DNA of 64,000 nucleotides from Chrysomallon squamiferum (taxonomy: Eukaryota; Animalia; Mollusca). The position numbers and the translations under genes were made by a program. The stretch spans positions 24,738,001-24,802,000 of the forward strand of contig CM022673.1 of NCBI GenBank assembly GCA_012295275.1, in the 5' to 3' direction. Every line of letters starts with the position of its first letter. Position 1 is the stretch's first letter. Under the pieces are notes generated by a model. It searched no databases and was not told where the DNA came from. It was given only the letters and a program-made list of their open reading frames with translations. This document shows, piece after piece, positions 12,968 to 32,441 of this stretch.

Positions 12968-15900
12968 TTATCCACTGTCTAAACACGACTGCTCGGGGTA
13001 GCCTGGTTTCTGCTCCAAACTGCTAACTGGAACAAGGTAAGCTGTATCTGATGTGTTTGATTCTGGTTCAGGAGATCTCGGTTCTGTTTTGATTTCCAAC
13101 GGTTTAAAGGTGTCTGTCTCCGGATTTTCAGATTCCTGCAGTTGAAATATTTTAACACTCTAGTAATTAAACTGTGACATAATTTCACAAGCAAAAAATG
13201 CCATGGAAAAAATTTAAATATTTGTAGTTGAAATCCTGGTTTTTAAAAAATTATATTAATCTACAAAGAACTCCTATTTTTCATCCAGAGAAATTATATT
13301 TCACCTGACAATATTAAATGTTAATGAAAAAAATTGATTTATCCTACAAGGAACATACAAATGTATGTACAAAAAAATATTTAAAATGTAACTGATCAGT
13401 AGCTACATCTTTGGAAATCTGTTTAAATTACTGCATGAGTTTGGTTATTTACAAAACAAAATAATCACTTTAAAATATTAAAACGGTACAAGGTACTTTG
13501 TTCGTCATCCACAGAATTATTTAGACTGAAAGAGCAACTTGTCCTGAAACAACATACCATTTTGATATTATAGGATGTAAATTCATCTGATTTGCTATCT
13601 TCTTCCTTAATTTTTGAAAAAAATCTGCCTCCATCACCACGTGATCTGTGTAGCGCATGACGATGTCGAGATTCATGAAGGTATTTCTAAAATAAACACA
13701 AATATTCTTGATGAATTTGTATTTCCTTTTATTACTTTGCTATATCATTCTTTTTGATGATGCTGTTTTTATTTCACAGCTACACAGTTAATCACTACTT
13801 TGCTATATCATTCTTTATGATGATGCTGTTTTTATTTCACAGCTACACAGTTAATCACTACTTTGCTATATCATTCTTTATGATGATGCTGTTTTTATTT
13901 CACAGCTACACAGTTAATCACTACTTCACAGTTAACAAAAAGAAAATCTATGACGAGCAATAACACTTTTTAAGGGGAAAATACCTTGAATCTTTTAATA
14001 ATTATTACTGATGGGTTTTTTTTTTAGTATCTGTGTGATTGAGGAGTGTGTGTTATTATAAAGTGTATGTGTGTATGTTAAAAATAGTTAATGTAAAAAT
14101 GTTAACAGAGATTAAACTGTGAAATGGAACATATCACTATTTGTAGAACTCTTTAAACTGATGGCCACTGCATTAAAATATAATTTGTACTTTTATCTAA
14201 CATTTCATTGTGTATCACCTACATTCACTATTGTAAAAATCCACTGGATAAATCAACAAAAAAGAAAGAACAAATAATGTTACATGGAAGATTTAAACTA
14301 AGTAAATTTATAACAAACTTAAATGAATGATTTTGTCAGACAACTTCAACTTTCTTTTTGATTTATTCGACTTACCTTTCTAGATTTTGCTATTTTGCCA
14401 TCAGCCTCAAGTTTGGCACGTGCCTGGCGTCGTTTCAGGATTCTGTGGTACTGTTTGGCGTTCACGTAGAGAGGCTCTTCTTCATCCAGTATGTCTGCTG
14501 CTAGCTGAACCTGCTGAATTGTGGTTGAGTTGGTTGAGCCTGGGATCTGCAGCTTAAGTAATAAGGATAACATAAATATTTAAAAAACATAATAATAAAA
14601 TAACGAAAAGTATTTATTTATCGTGGAATAAAACTGGTGTAACATTTTGCTTTGGTGGTACTGTTTATTTCTATTAAATATTGTTTACCTCTGTCAGAAA
14701 CCAGCTTACCATACCAACTTGTTGCAATAGCACATACACTCAGTGATTGATATTCAACAGGAATTAAACCATTTAGTCAGTAACAACATTTGTTACGTTT
14801 TAAATTTCATATCAGTTAGTAAACACTATCCAAATCATTTACTGATATCACAAACAACAGATATTAAACCACACTATTCACATAAAAACAAACATTTCAT
14901 ATAAATAATCTATTTAAACTAGTTTAAATGTTCTTTCTGTTTGTAACAGAAAATCACTACTAAAAATAAGGAGGTTCCAAAGCAGTGCTTACTGGCTGCT
15001 GAGATCCAATGACCATAATCCCATTACTACCAGCAGACATGTTGGCAATCGCTGGTGAGGCTACAGGAACTGTTGCTGGTGATGAGCTGACAGACGACGG
15101 TTGTGAGGTAATGTCAGAGGTCAAAGTTTGCACCTGATACACGCCTGTAAAAATTGGACAGAAAAGTTTAATTACCTCTTGAAATAATCTGACCATACAC
15201 TAAAAACTGCATCGTAAACAGCACAAAAAAGGTTATTGTAAATTGTTATATATTTTCTTAAATATGCAGTGTAGAAACACCACTAGTGTACGAAATCAAT
15301 GCATAAACAATTTTTTCTATAAATCTGCTTTTCCATAATCCACAAAATAAAAGCATCAAAATAAAAATTTATTTAAGTAAAGGATTGAAAAGAAAAGAAA
15401 TAAAATATATTAATTTGTTTGTCAAGTGTAGCATTTAGCCGGTGTTAAAAAATATGTGTATTATACTGACAGGAAATATAGTTAAAACTCACTCTGTGCT
15501 TGCTGTGAAGGATCAGCTGTAGTTGACTGGGTAGGCCAAATAATCTGTCCAGTCTGAGTATTGTAAAACGAGCCAATATTACTAACAATCTGGTTTTGTC
15601 CTTGGGGTTGCTGAATTAAGATCTGCAATAAAAAAGAATAAATAACTAAATAAAACAAAAACAAATATTAATTATAAATGAACGAATTATGTTCATGACT
15701 GATGAATATATATGGTGATGATGTGAAGAATAGTAAAATGTAGTAGACTAAAAATCCTTTTTAAATAAGAGATTAGATCAAAATACACTGAGAGAATAAT
15801 AATGACATGATTGAGCCCTTTAATATGATTGGATGCAAAATGAATTAAAGAATGCAATAGTAACTTCTACAGTTTTTTCACACTATTTTTTCAACAATTG

Positions 15901-17418
15901 TTTACTACACAGTGAATTATACATTTTTAATAAAATAATCTATTTTGTTGATAGTTATGAAAATGTATGACAAGCAGACGTCTGAATGTGATAGAATTAT
16001 TAATGAAGGGTACACACCTGCTGAGGAATAGCCTGCCCCTGCAAAGTCTGAGCACTCCCAATCAGTGGAAACTGAAAAGCAGAAAGTAAACTTAATCAAA
16101 ACAAACTGTAATATTAAAATTTGAATATCTGCACTTGTATGGTGTTTTTGTTTGTTTTTTCATGTTCTGTCAGATATTAATAATGTGTGAATGCTGAAAA
16201 CACTGAAAGATATGAACCATTAATGAATACTATTTAATGAATATTATTTTGTTTTAATTTGAATAAACAGAAGATGAAGAATTAAAAAAATTATAATAAA
16301 CACAAAATGAATAAGACTGCGATACAGCCCACAAACTGTGTTTGTGCAAAATGTTTTGGTTTTCTTTTTTGAGTTTCTAGTTTTTCTGCAAAAAAAGAAT
16401 TAAACCAAACCTGCTGTAATATCTGGCAGTTCTGGCCAGCTATCTGAAAATTCTGTTGTCCTATTTGTTGAAAACCATTTGTCTGAGCAATCTGTGTTTG
16501 GAACTGCACAGTCTGAGGAGTCAATGTCTGACCTTGAATCTGGTACGTCTGTCCTTGGGCAGTAGTTACTTCGGTCAAGCCGATCTGCTGCTGCTGTGCA
16601 AATAGTTGCTGGTTCTGTATCTGAACTGGCTGTCCATTTGTAATCGTCTGCTGTCCCTGAATCTGCACGGTCTCAACACAACCTGAAGACAGCTGTGTCT
16701 GTCCTTGTTGAACTGCAGTGGTTGAGGACAAAACCTGCTGACCGTCAGCTGCCTGACTGTTTGAGGCATCCTGCTCAGTCAACTCCTGCTGACATTCATT
16801 TTGTTCTGAAGTCACTTCAGTCTGCACATCATTAGCACTTAGCTTGTCTTGACCATGAACCTGTAAAATTTGAGTCGTTTGGATCTTTTGCTGGATTTCT
16901 GAAGACTGATCATTGGCAAACGTGTGCTGCCCTTCAACTTGAATGGGCTGAGAAGTAGGCAAAGTCTGTTGCTCCTGGATTTGATAAGGCTGAGTTGTGG
17001 CAAGTGTTTGTTGGAACTGACCTGATTGTAGGGTTGTCTGTCCTTGAATCTGTGCAGTAGAAAATGCTTGACCTGGTAACTGTAATGTCTGACCTTGTGG
17101 TAAAGCTTGCAGCATAAAATTCTGACCTTGAATTAGACCACCTTGACCAAACTGTACAATCTAACAAAAAAAAAAATTACATTTTAATAAACACTTATAG
17201 AAGTTATCCTACATACAGTCATCAAGAATTTGTAGGTTTATACAAGTCAGTTAATATATTAACTCTTAAATTAAAATTTTATTTAATTAAATCATTCAAC
17301 TGCAGACTGTCAGCTTCTGTGTAGAATGACTTGTTTAATGCAATGGATATAAATCAACCTAAAAAAATCTTTAAAACATGGTGATAAAATTATTTTCAAA
17401 CTTTATTAACAAATCTTT

Positions 17419-17449
<31 letters not shown>

Positions 17450-17795
17450 TGATATACACTCTTAATTTAAAAATGTGTATATTTAATAGCATATGGTCAT
17501 ATATAATATAAAGCTAACTCCAGTGGCCAGAACATACACTCCTGCCATGAAAAAACTATAAACCATTTGTTTGCTAATAAATATATAGAAAAATAAAGAA
17601 AAAACAACATCTGCTTTTATTAATATTTTACAACTGTTATAAAATACCTGAGGCTGCTGCTGAAGCTGCCCACCAGGAACAGACAACTGGATTGTCTGAG
17701 GCTGGAGTTGTCCCATGGAGTGGAAGCTGCAATGTCTGGATTAGTCCTAATGGGTTCTGGCTGTCATATGTGGATGCAATTTGCACCTGCTCCAT
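12968..17795 (-). CDS. NFYA: Nuclear transcription factor Y subunit alpha, 8 coding exons, about 566 aa if a 1-nt frameshift in the first coding exon is corrected
   Basis: Exons 17648-17795, 16411-17160, 16018-16071, 15493-15622, 14993-15144, 14376-14546, 13558-13686, 12968-13135. Q-rich N-terminal domain. CBF-B/NF-YA domain EEPLYVNAKQYHRILKRRQARAKLE...RKKYLHESRHRHALHRSRGDGGRF. Confidence 0.93.
13733..13927. repeat. Tandem repeat, about 63-bp unit x3, in an NFYA intron
   Basis: tactttgctatatcattctttatgatgatgctgtttttatttcacagctacacagttaatcac repeated three times. Confidence 0.93.
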
Positions 17796-18949
17796 ATGAC
17801 ACAACTCTCATCAGCTCTACGAGTACAGATAATAATATTATTTTATTCACAAGTTTATACTTAAAAGGAAATATAGTATTTATGTAATAAACCATCACAT
17901 TTATGATTTTTTTTTCTCGGTTTTTTCTTTCTTTTTTTTATCATTTCAAAGAAATACAAATAGCTAAAAGTGAAATACACTGAAAAATATTATTAGAAAT
18001 CTTAAAAGTTAAATCAGTATGCTTTTACATTAATATATTTGTTTGACCATTTACATCAAAGACATTTAATGATTTACTGATTCAGTATAATTAACCTCTG
18101 GTTTACCATTTATAAATAATTTAATCATAAATGAACTTCATATTATTACTTAAAACAGTTACCTATAAGAAACTGTTCCTTCATTATATATTTCAAACTA
18201 CAGATGTGACCTTTAGATTCTGTAATTTTGTTAAGAACCTTTCTTAGCAAATATTATTCAGAAAGAAAAAAATAGCTGTTAGTAATTACTAATTAATTAG
18301 ATTTGCTTTTAATATGATTCTTTACTCATACTTTCGAAATGTTTATATACACATACAAATAATATAAAACCATAATACATTAAATAACTGATGTATATTC
18401 AATTTTGTGAAATTTAAGTTATTTATGTTAATGATTTTTTTTTTCTCTGTAATGAAATGAAAAATATGTAATTAACATTTATTTTTTATTGTGTGCACAC
18501 AGTAACTTGCGTGTGGTACACTGTTGTAAAATAATAAATTTACGAATTCATTCTATAGCTAATGTATATTAACCATTATTGCGTCGAGTCAAAATGTCGC
18601 GTTCAATAATTATCGTATTTGCGTTGCTCCATTGTGATCCACTGATTGTTGTATACATTATTTACAATTTTCTGTCACAGGCATCAATCGGGTAACAGAC
18701 GAAAAAACTGTAGAGAAAGGTTAACATTAGTTGGCGCTCTTTCAGTTGTCTATTTAAATTGAAAACTATAGTTTGTTTCCTTCTGTTTTCTAACAAACGT
18801 TGCTATGTATCCGAGATGTTTCCCAGACAAAGAACATGACCTAAATACGTCATTTTCGGAATGTCATAGAAATACATTTACGAGCGAGTTGTGCGAAGTG
18901 TATGAATGTTTACAACGCTTTTCGAAGCTAGGAGATGTTAGAAACAGCC

Positions 18950-19420
18950 AACCAATGCGTAAATGTGTGTCACAACGATTACCAAAGTACAATGAATAAG
19001 ATAATTTGAGGACTTACATTGGGCCGATGGATTCGGTGCGATGGTAAGGTGATTGGTTATGCGATTCAACAAGGACGAATCATGGTCGGCTCCACCAGTG
19101 TAGCTGTGACGCTATTGGCTCCGGTGGACAGAACACATACACTCCTCCCATGGAAAAACTAGTAAACCGTTTGCGCGGTTATATTACAAAAAGCAATGAT
19201 GTTTCTACGTTATAGAATTAAACTACGATTTCTTTGATACATTTATAATTTATTGAACTATAAAATTAAATCATGAGCTGGAATACAAAATATTTATTTC
19301 GTAACCGCAGGAGTAGTATGACGAAACGGAACAGCTTAAACTGGTCAATACAAATATCACGTGATTAGACACCCACGTGCTTTCGATATACCCTCGCTGT
19401 TCTGATAGGAAATTGGACGA
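18950..19420 (-). promoter_or_regulatory. NFYA 5' region: CpG-enriched, five CCAAT boxes, two CACGTG E-boxes, and a probable non-coding exon donor
   Basis: CCAAT/ATTGG at 18952, 19018, 19052, 19114, 19412; TCACGTGA 19357-19364; CACGTG 19374-19379. Donor AAT|GTAAGT at 19017 could join the acceptor at 17817. Confidence 0.6.
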
Positions 19421-22400
19421 TCAAGTTTGGCGTATTCTTTTTATTAGCATGAATGTTTTGTGTGTGCTGTAATATATATATTAGCATATGTATATTTGTA
19501 TTCAACACATTTAGAAATTATAAAAACAAACGGCACCATTTATGTAGTAATGTACTGTTCTTTTATTAAAAGTTTTAACCATTTCCATCATGTCAGAACA
19601 GAAGTAAACTAAACTGCAAACTAGTATTTTAAAGATATTCCATTACTTAATTTATCGAAACAAGTCCATGCATTCGTGAAAAATAATTATGTTTCAAAAA
19701 GAATAATTACGATAATATTTCCTACTTAAACTTCACCGCTGCAGAATGTTCTAAACGATTTAATACTTCAGAATAGTTTGTAATGAAATGATATATAATC
19801 GTCGCTCCTTTGATTAAAATGTGAAGAAAAAAAAATCTTTAAAAAAGCAGAAGAAAGGAACTGCCTGGCATACTAACAGTATTTCAATAGATGACTTAGA
19901 CTGACACATTTGCGACCAAAATGCTTTGATACTTTTTGATATCGAATTTTTATTACAATAATTTTGCGAAGAACCGTTTCCCAAAATAAAATATAATTGG
20001 CATTATATATTATATATAAAAGAAGTAATCCTGTGCTTCAGTTTAATGATCTTTAGCCACACGTTATATATATGTACTGTTATCCATGGTTTATAAAATA
20101 AAAATAATAAAGGATATAAGAAATTATCGGCTTTTTATAAATTAGTCACTAACAGGACTAGGCTTCGTTTTTCTTCTGCTTGTCAGACATGAGCTTTTAA
20201 CCACAGAGCAGAAGTCTGATGATCTAATGCTATTATACCACTAATTGAGATTAACTATAGTGCGGTTCGATCAATGCATTACGTAATATAGCTATAAAAT
20301 TTCCCAGTGGTCCAGTTTATAAACGTAAAGGAGAATGAGACACATTTTCATTCTTAATCATTATTTTACTAGTGAAATTTGAAAAACAAACAAAAAAATA
20401 AATAAATAAATGTTCCTAAAATAAAAATAAACAAAGTTATTAGTACAGTATTTTATTGAAATGGCGTTCAGCAGTGAAACAAAACATTAAAACACATGGA
20501 TACAGTATTATCTATTAACAAATAATCCAGCTTTATTCAAATTCGTATATACTGAAAGAAAATAAACCACAGTTGTTACATAAAATTAAGATTTAATTAT
20601 TTATTTTTAATGGTGAAAATTAGGTGGGATTTTGTTGCTTGAAAAAGAAGAAAGAAAGAAAAAAGTAAAATATTAGAAAAAAACAGTTTTACATATTTCT
20701 TTGGCATCCTGTCCTTGACACTACTACTTAGAAATACACTCTACAAATATTTTCCTTTGTACAGTAATGGACTCCATAAAGTAGCAATATATAAATTTTA
20801 CAAGCATTGTTAATATTGATATTAGACTATATTGTAGGACAGGAAACTTTTAGATCAGACATCTTTATTTCCATACATCTGTGGCAGTTATTGTGGTCAG
20901 TTCTCTCAATGATGGCTACAAAACTAAATGCTTGGCACATACACACATCACTGTTGTGAATATGGTTTAGCCAAGTACTGGACTGAGCCATTAACATTTT
21001 TTACAATTTGTGAATAATTTCTTTTTCTCCTTGAAAATTTACCAAAATAAAGTGACATCTTCATGAATTAAGCAGAGTCTTTGTATCTGGTGTCAGATTT
21101 TTACTACTTTTAAGCTCTCAATCTGCCAAAAAACAATCTCTTACTTCCTCATACATTTATTTCATCAGCTAAGAATTTTTAACACCTCAGATGGTTTTAA
21201 ACACGATAATAACATTGTTTCTGCTCTCCTCAGACAATGCCATTAATTCTGTAAATTATACAGACAACAAAATAAGAGTCTTTGTTTATTCATTTTATTC
21301 ATGAAACAAAGTTGGACAAACCAAGTGTGTTTGTAAATTGACAGAAATCAAAACATTGAACATAAAAACAGTATTACATAATGATATAAAGAATTTTATA
21401 TCTTTTACATGACCAAGATAAACATTTTTTGTATTTTGTAATCACAAATACTTGTTACAAAACTTGTTCTCTCTTTAAATTACAGGTTTCTTCAGCAAAT
21501 TTGTTTTCACAGATGGACAGTACATATGAACAAACATATTTCAATGTAATTATTCAAGATCTGAATTCCTGGTCACTAACTGAAAACCTCTCATCTACAC
21601 ACTCTTTAAAACATTTTCTTCATAAATATTCTATGATTAAGTCATTTGCTATATTTACACTTATTATTCAATTCTTTAATGTGTATACATATACATTTTT
21701 TTGAGGTATATATATATATTTTTTTTTTAAGCTTTTATGATAATGTTACAGTAGAACAAAGTATTTGTTTATATGTGTTTATTCTATTTAGCAATACTGA
21801 CATTATCACTGATCTATTTTTACTGAAGGATATTTTAAAAATATATAATTATTAACAGACAATAAAAATAGTTTGCCAGAAGCTGGTTCCTATCTGTTTT
21901 GCATTCTTCAACATTTATTCAAAACAGATAAATAGTTTAAAAAAAAAAAAAAAAAAAAAAAGACAAGAAGAAATAATACACTCAGCCCGACATTTTCAAA
22001 CCGGCCACATCAGAAACTTGTCTGACCAAATAACCCAAAATGAAGAGTTAGGAAATATGTAGTGCCTCTAACATTTCACAACCAGCTCAGTACACATACA
22101 TCATACAGATAAATTATTCATACATTTCTTCTTTTTTTTTTTTCAAAACATCACAATACTCATTTGTCCATCTTTTATCATACAGTTGAAATGTTTTTAA
22201 CAATAAAAAAATCTCAAGCAAGTAAACTGGTTTTCTGCTATTTATTTTGACAGTAATTTACAGCGACTCGTCTATTTTTAAAAAGGTGAGAGTAATCTTA
22301 ATCTAGGGATGTACTAACAAAAATACGACTGCAACAAATACAGGTTAAACAGCATAAAGAAACGAGAGGTGGAAATGGCACTGTTCACTTCAGCCAGCTT

Positions 22401-22849
22401 TAAATGAAAGACAGGTTGGTGTTATCACAACACTAATGTCGTTAAGTGGTCAATATTCGGTGTTTGTCCTAAAACTGAAAACGTGCAACAATAATTCTGA
22501 TTCACACACGTGGACAGTAATATGTGCACTGTTGTCACACGTTCAGGGAAATCTAACTCATGATTTGCAGATATCTGCAGAAAAAAAAAAAAAAAAAGAT
22601 GGCCATTTTCATACATGCTTAGGAGTTGCGAATGACAGTTTTAACACTAGCACTAATCTAAGTCAAGAAAAAGGAAAACTGACTGTGGAACATTTTGCAG
22701 CTGGAAAGATGTTTTCTTTACGTACCATGTATGAAAAATACTAAGCAAACCATGAGGGAATAAATATTCTTGGCCTAGATTAGTGCATGTGTTAGTTTTT
22801 TTTTTTTACTTTTCAATAACCTATGTTGTTTGAAATGTATGAACAGTTT

Positions 22850-29317
<6,468 letters not shown>

Positions 29318-29399
29318 CTTTTTTAAATGTTTTTTCTTTCGCACAATTATGCTATTTTTATAAACAGTGACTGTCTTTCATAACATACTGCACAAGTGA

Positions 29400-29600
29400 G
29401 ATTCGAATTTAGCCGATTTTAGTTGTTATTTCTTATTCTTTTTTTGATTGGATAGTTTTGCGGTCTTTGAAAATGATTGGTTATCATTACCGCCACCTAG
29501 CGGACAGGTCAAGACATGCCTCGATAAATGGACCTTGTGAACTTTTATAAATAGTAAACGAATTACCTATTGGTCGACTTTTCCTGCCAGGAACCAATCA
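29400..29600 (-). promoter_or_regulatory. PLK1 proximal promoter with CHR-like elements, four CCAAT boxes and a CTCF-like motif
   Basis: TTCGAA 29402-29407; TTTGAA 29466-29471; ATTGG 29447, 29476, 29569; CCAAT 29594; CCGCTAGGTGGCGG (- strand) 29490-29503. All lie within 300 bp upstream of the ATG. Confidence 0.7.
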
Positions 29601-31578
29601 ACATCTTGTTATTTTCTTCCTATTCCATGGATAAACTGGTTCTCTAACAATAGTTATTTACTACCAAGAGATTAATACCTGTTGATGGGGAATCAGTTCA
29701 TTCCGAGAAAGAACGAAACACGTCTTCAAAAACGAACACAGCCGAAACATATGTTTATAATAATTATAAAGTTTATTCTTTCAGTCAATAAATACATACA
29801 GATTCGTTAAAAAATAAGGTGAATAAACGGTTTTCGTATTAATATTAGGTGGCTTCTAATTATTATTATATTAATTTGCAGTTAATATGTTCATGAATAA
29901 TAAAAGTAAATATTTTAATTAATATCTAGCAACATTTATGATTTAATTTTAGTTTTCATCGTAAATGCTTTGCGCGCTTTAAAAACAGCATGTTGAAACC
30001 TTTTACTTGTTTCCTTTATAATTCATAATTAATGATTCAAGAACATTTTAGAGATTAAATCATATACTCACTTTCGCTGTTGGCGACGAATATCGACTGT
30101 TTCGACAATACCTTTGTAAAACTATAATTGAATAATATTACAACATTAAAATTATTTCGTTATATTAATTTATTCAAATTGTTAATATCCCTGTAATATC
30201 TTTTATGCTGTCCAGTATTATGTAATTTTCTTTTAATAATTTAATCATTTTAAAATTAAATTTAAATTCTAGGATTCATAAAGATATTATTTCTTTTTAA
30301 TCTTTAATATATCAAATTAAATATATATTTTCTTATAATGTTTGAAATTATTATGTGTTAATTATCTACATGTGATCAACTGGTTTATAAGGGTATTTTG
30401 CTTTGAATATATTATACCACAGTAAAAAATCGTAGACTGGGGAAATCTGAAATTAACAGTCGTAGCCTAAGAAAATCTAATAAAACATTCACATATTTAC
30501 CACCCCCTCCCCTTTGATACTCTGTCTTACTCACGTTCACACATCGACAGGCACAGGCGCACCAATACTCACAGATACTCTCCCTGCGTCACCATGCAAT
30601 TATTACACCAGTGCTCTCTGCATCTGGCTAGAATATAAATTATCGGATTAAAATGTTACTCGTAGAGATTATCTGTAAGATCACTTTACGTTATTAATAT
30701 ATTCAACGTTTAAACCTAAACGTCAGTCCAACTTTAAATATACAAAACCCAAATCCAGTTATTTAAAGTAAACCGCAGACATTTGGACTTTATTAAATAA
30801 TTCGAACTAATATGGAGACAGTCATTTAGAAATCCATGAAACAATTGATAGTTTAAAAACTCATTAGTTTTTATATAACTTGATGAACATAGAAACTGTA
30901 TCAAAATGACGTTATTATCGGACTTTTTTAAAGCTTTTTAATATAATACAAAATAAAGAGATAGAGAAAGAAAGAAACAAGAAGGAGAAAACTTTATATC
31001 TATATGGTAACATAACTCGAATTGATGACGATTGGTGAGGGAATTTGGAATATATTGATATTGAATTTGGTTTAACAACACTTTAATACGCTTTTAAAGT
31101 TAATCTTAGATCTTATCAAATGACAGATTTTATAATAAGAGAATATCTACTATAGCTATTCGACAAATCTGTGGAATAAATATTCTTATCTATGCAAGTT
31201 ATTCCATAGAGACAGTACCAATGACAACATTTTATAACTTGTTTTATTGTCACATTTAAAGGTCTGAATAGCCGCGGAAATTATCTGTATGGCTTTAAAA
31301 CTGAACGAAACTGTGAATTTAGTCATTTTGTCTATTTGTTTGCATGGTGATTGAGAAAAGATAGAAATGAAAATTCCTTTTTGGGAAACAAGACAGTTAT
31401 CCAGTGTGCACGGCCAATCCACAGTAATAATAAATTAATAGAACACTACTGAAATATGTTATATATCAAAATGGCACATGGTTGTGCCTAAATCGTTAAA
31501 ACTTAGTTTTCAACGAAAATCAATAGACCTCATTTTACTTCCATTTCATATTTTATTAACTGAAGTGAACGAATAGAC

Positions 31579-32241
31579 CAGTGATTCTGAACCAGTGTGC
31601 CGCGGCACACAGGTGTGCCTATAGATCTTGCTAAGTGTGCCGCGAAATTTTGTAGAAAAAGAAAATCCAAATCTCATTCGTACTCAATGCTTTCTACATA
31701 GAGCAGTTCTTGCTTCAAAAATTTCGCAGGACGATTTAAAGGTTGTGTTACATCAAGTTATTGGAATGGTCAATTACATAAAAAGTAAGCCATTGAAGTC
31801 ACGATTATTTGTACAACTGTGCAAAGATATGGACTCTCAGCACGTTAAGTTATTAATGCACACTCAGTGAACTAAATAAAACAAACAGTAGTATGCAGGT
31901 AAAAACGAAAATATTCTCACTTCAACAGACGAGTTAGTTGCCCAAAAAAAAAAAAAAAAAATTCTGATTTGGTAAAAAAAGAGCAATCACTGGCAATCTT
32001 TATATGTTCCCTTTATTGCGTTTTACCTGCATTAGAGAAAGGATCCCTATAGTGTTTACTCATCTGACAGCCCCGGACGAAAGCATCATTTCCGTCATTA
32101 AAGATAGAAAAGTATGACTGGATTAGAGATCCTTTCATAAATCATTCTTCCAACACTTAACTTGACTTACAGTTATATGCTGTCTATGACTTGCCAAAAT
32201 TCAAATATTTTTCATGTATATTTAGCCAGGTGTGCTGTTTG

Positions 32242-32295
<54 letters not shown>

Positions 32296-32299
32296 CCTG
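31579..32299 (+). mobile_element. Internally deleted hAT Buster/Charlie-type DNA transposon remnant (ZBED5/SCAND3/FAM200-like transposase fragments)
   Basis: Left end CAGTGATTCTGAAC resembles Charlie/Buster TIRs and is preceded by gaaTAgac (central TA). Subterminal GTGTGCC repeats. ORF 31628-31870 reads TQCFLHRAVLASK...VNYIKSKPLKSRLFVQLCKDMDSQHVKLLMHTQ, followed by degenerate fragments KNENILTSTD and KYDWIRDPF. The right boundary is uncertain. Confidence 0.8.
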
Positions 32300-32438
32300 A
32301 AATGTCTGAGCCCATCCCAGCTTGTGATAGTCGGATCAGCTCTTTTCCCTTTGATCTAAGACTACTATACAATCGATTGTTTATTTTTAGAAAGTCTGTA
32401 TCATTTGTAAGATAAATTATATTTAAATGTCCTGTTTT

Positions 32439-32441
<3 letters not shown>

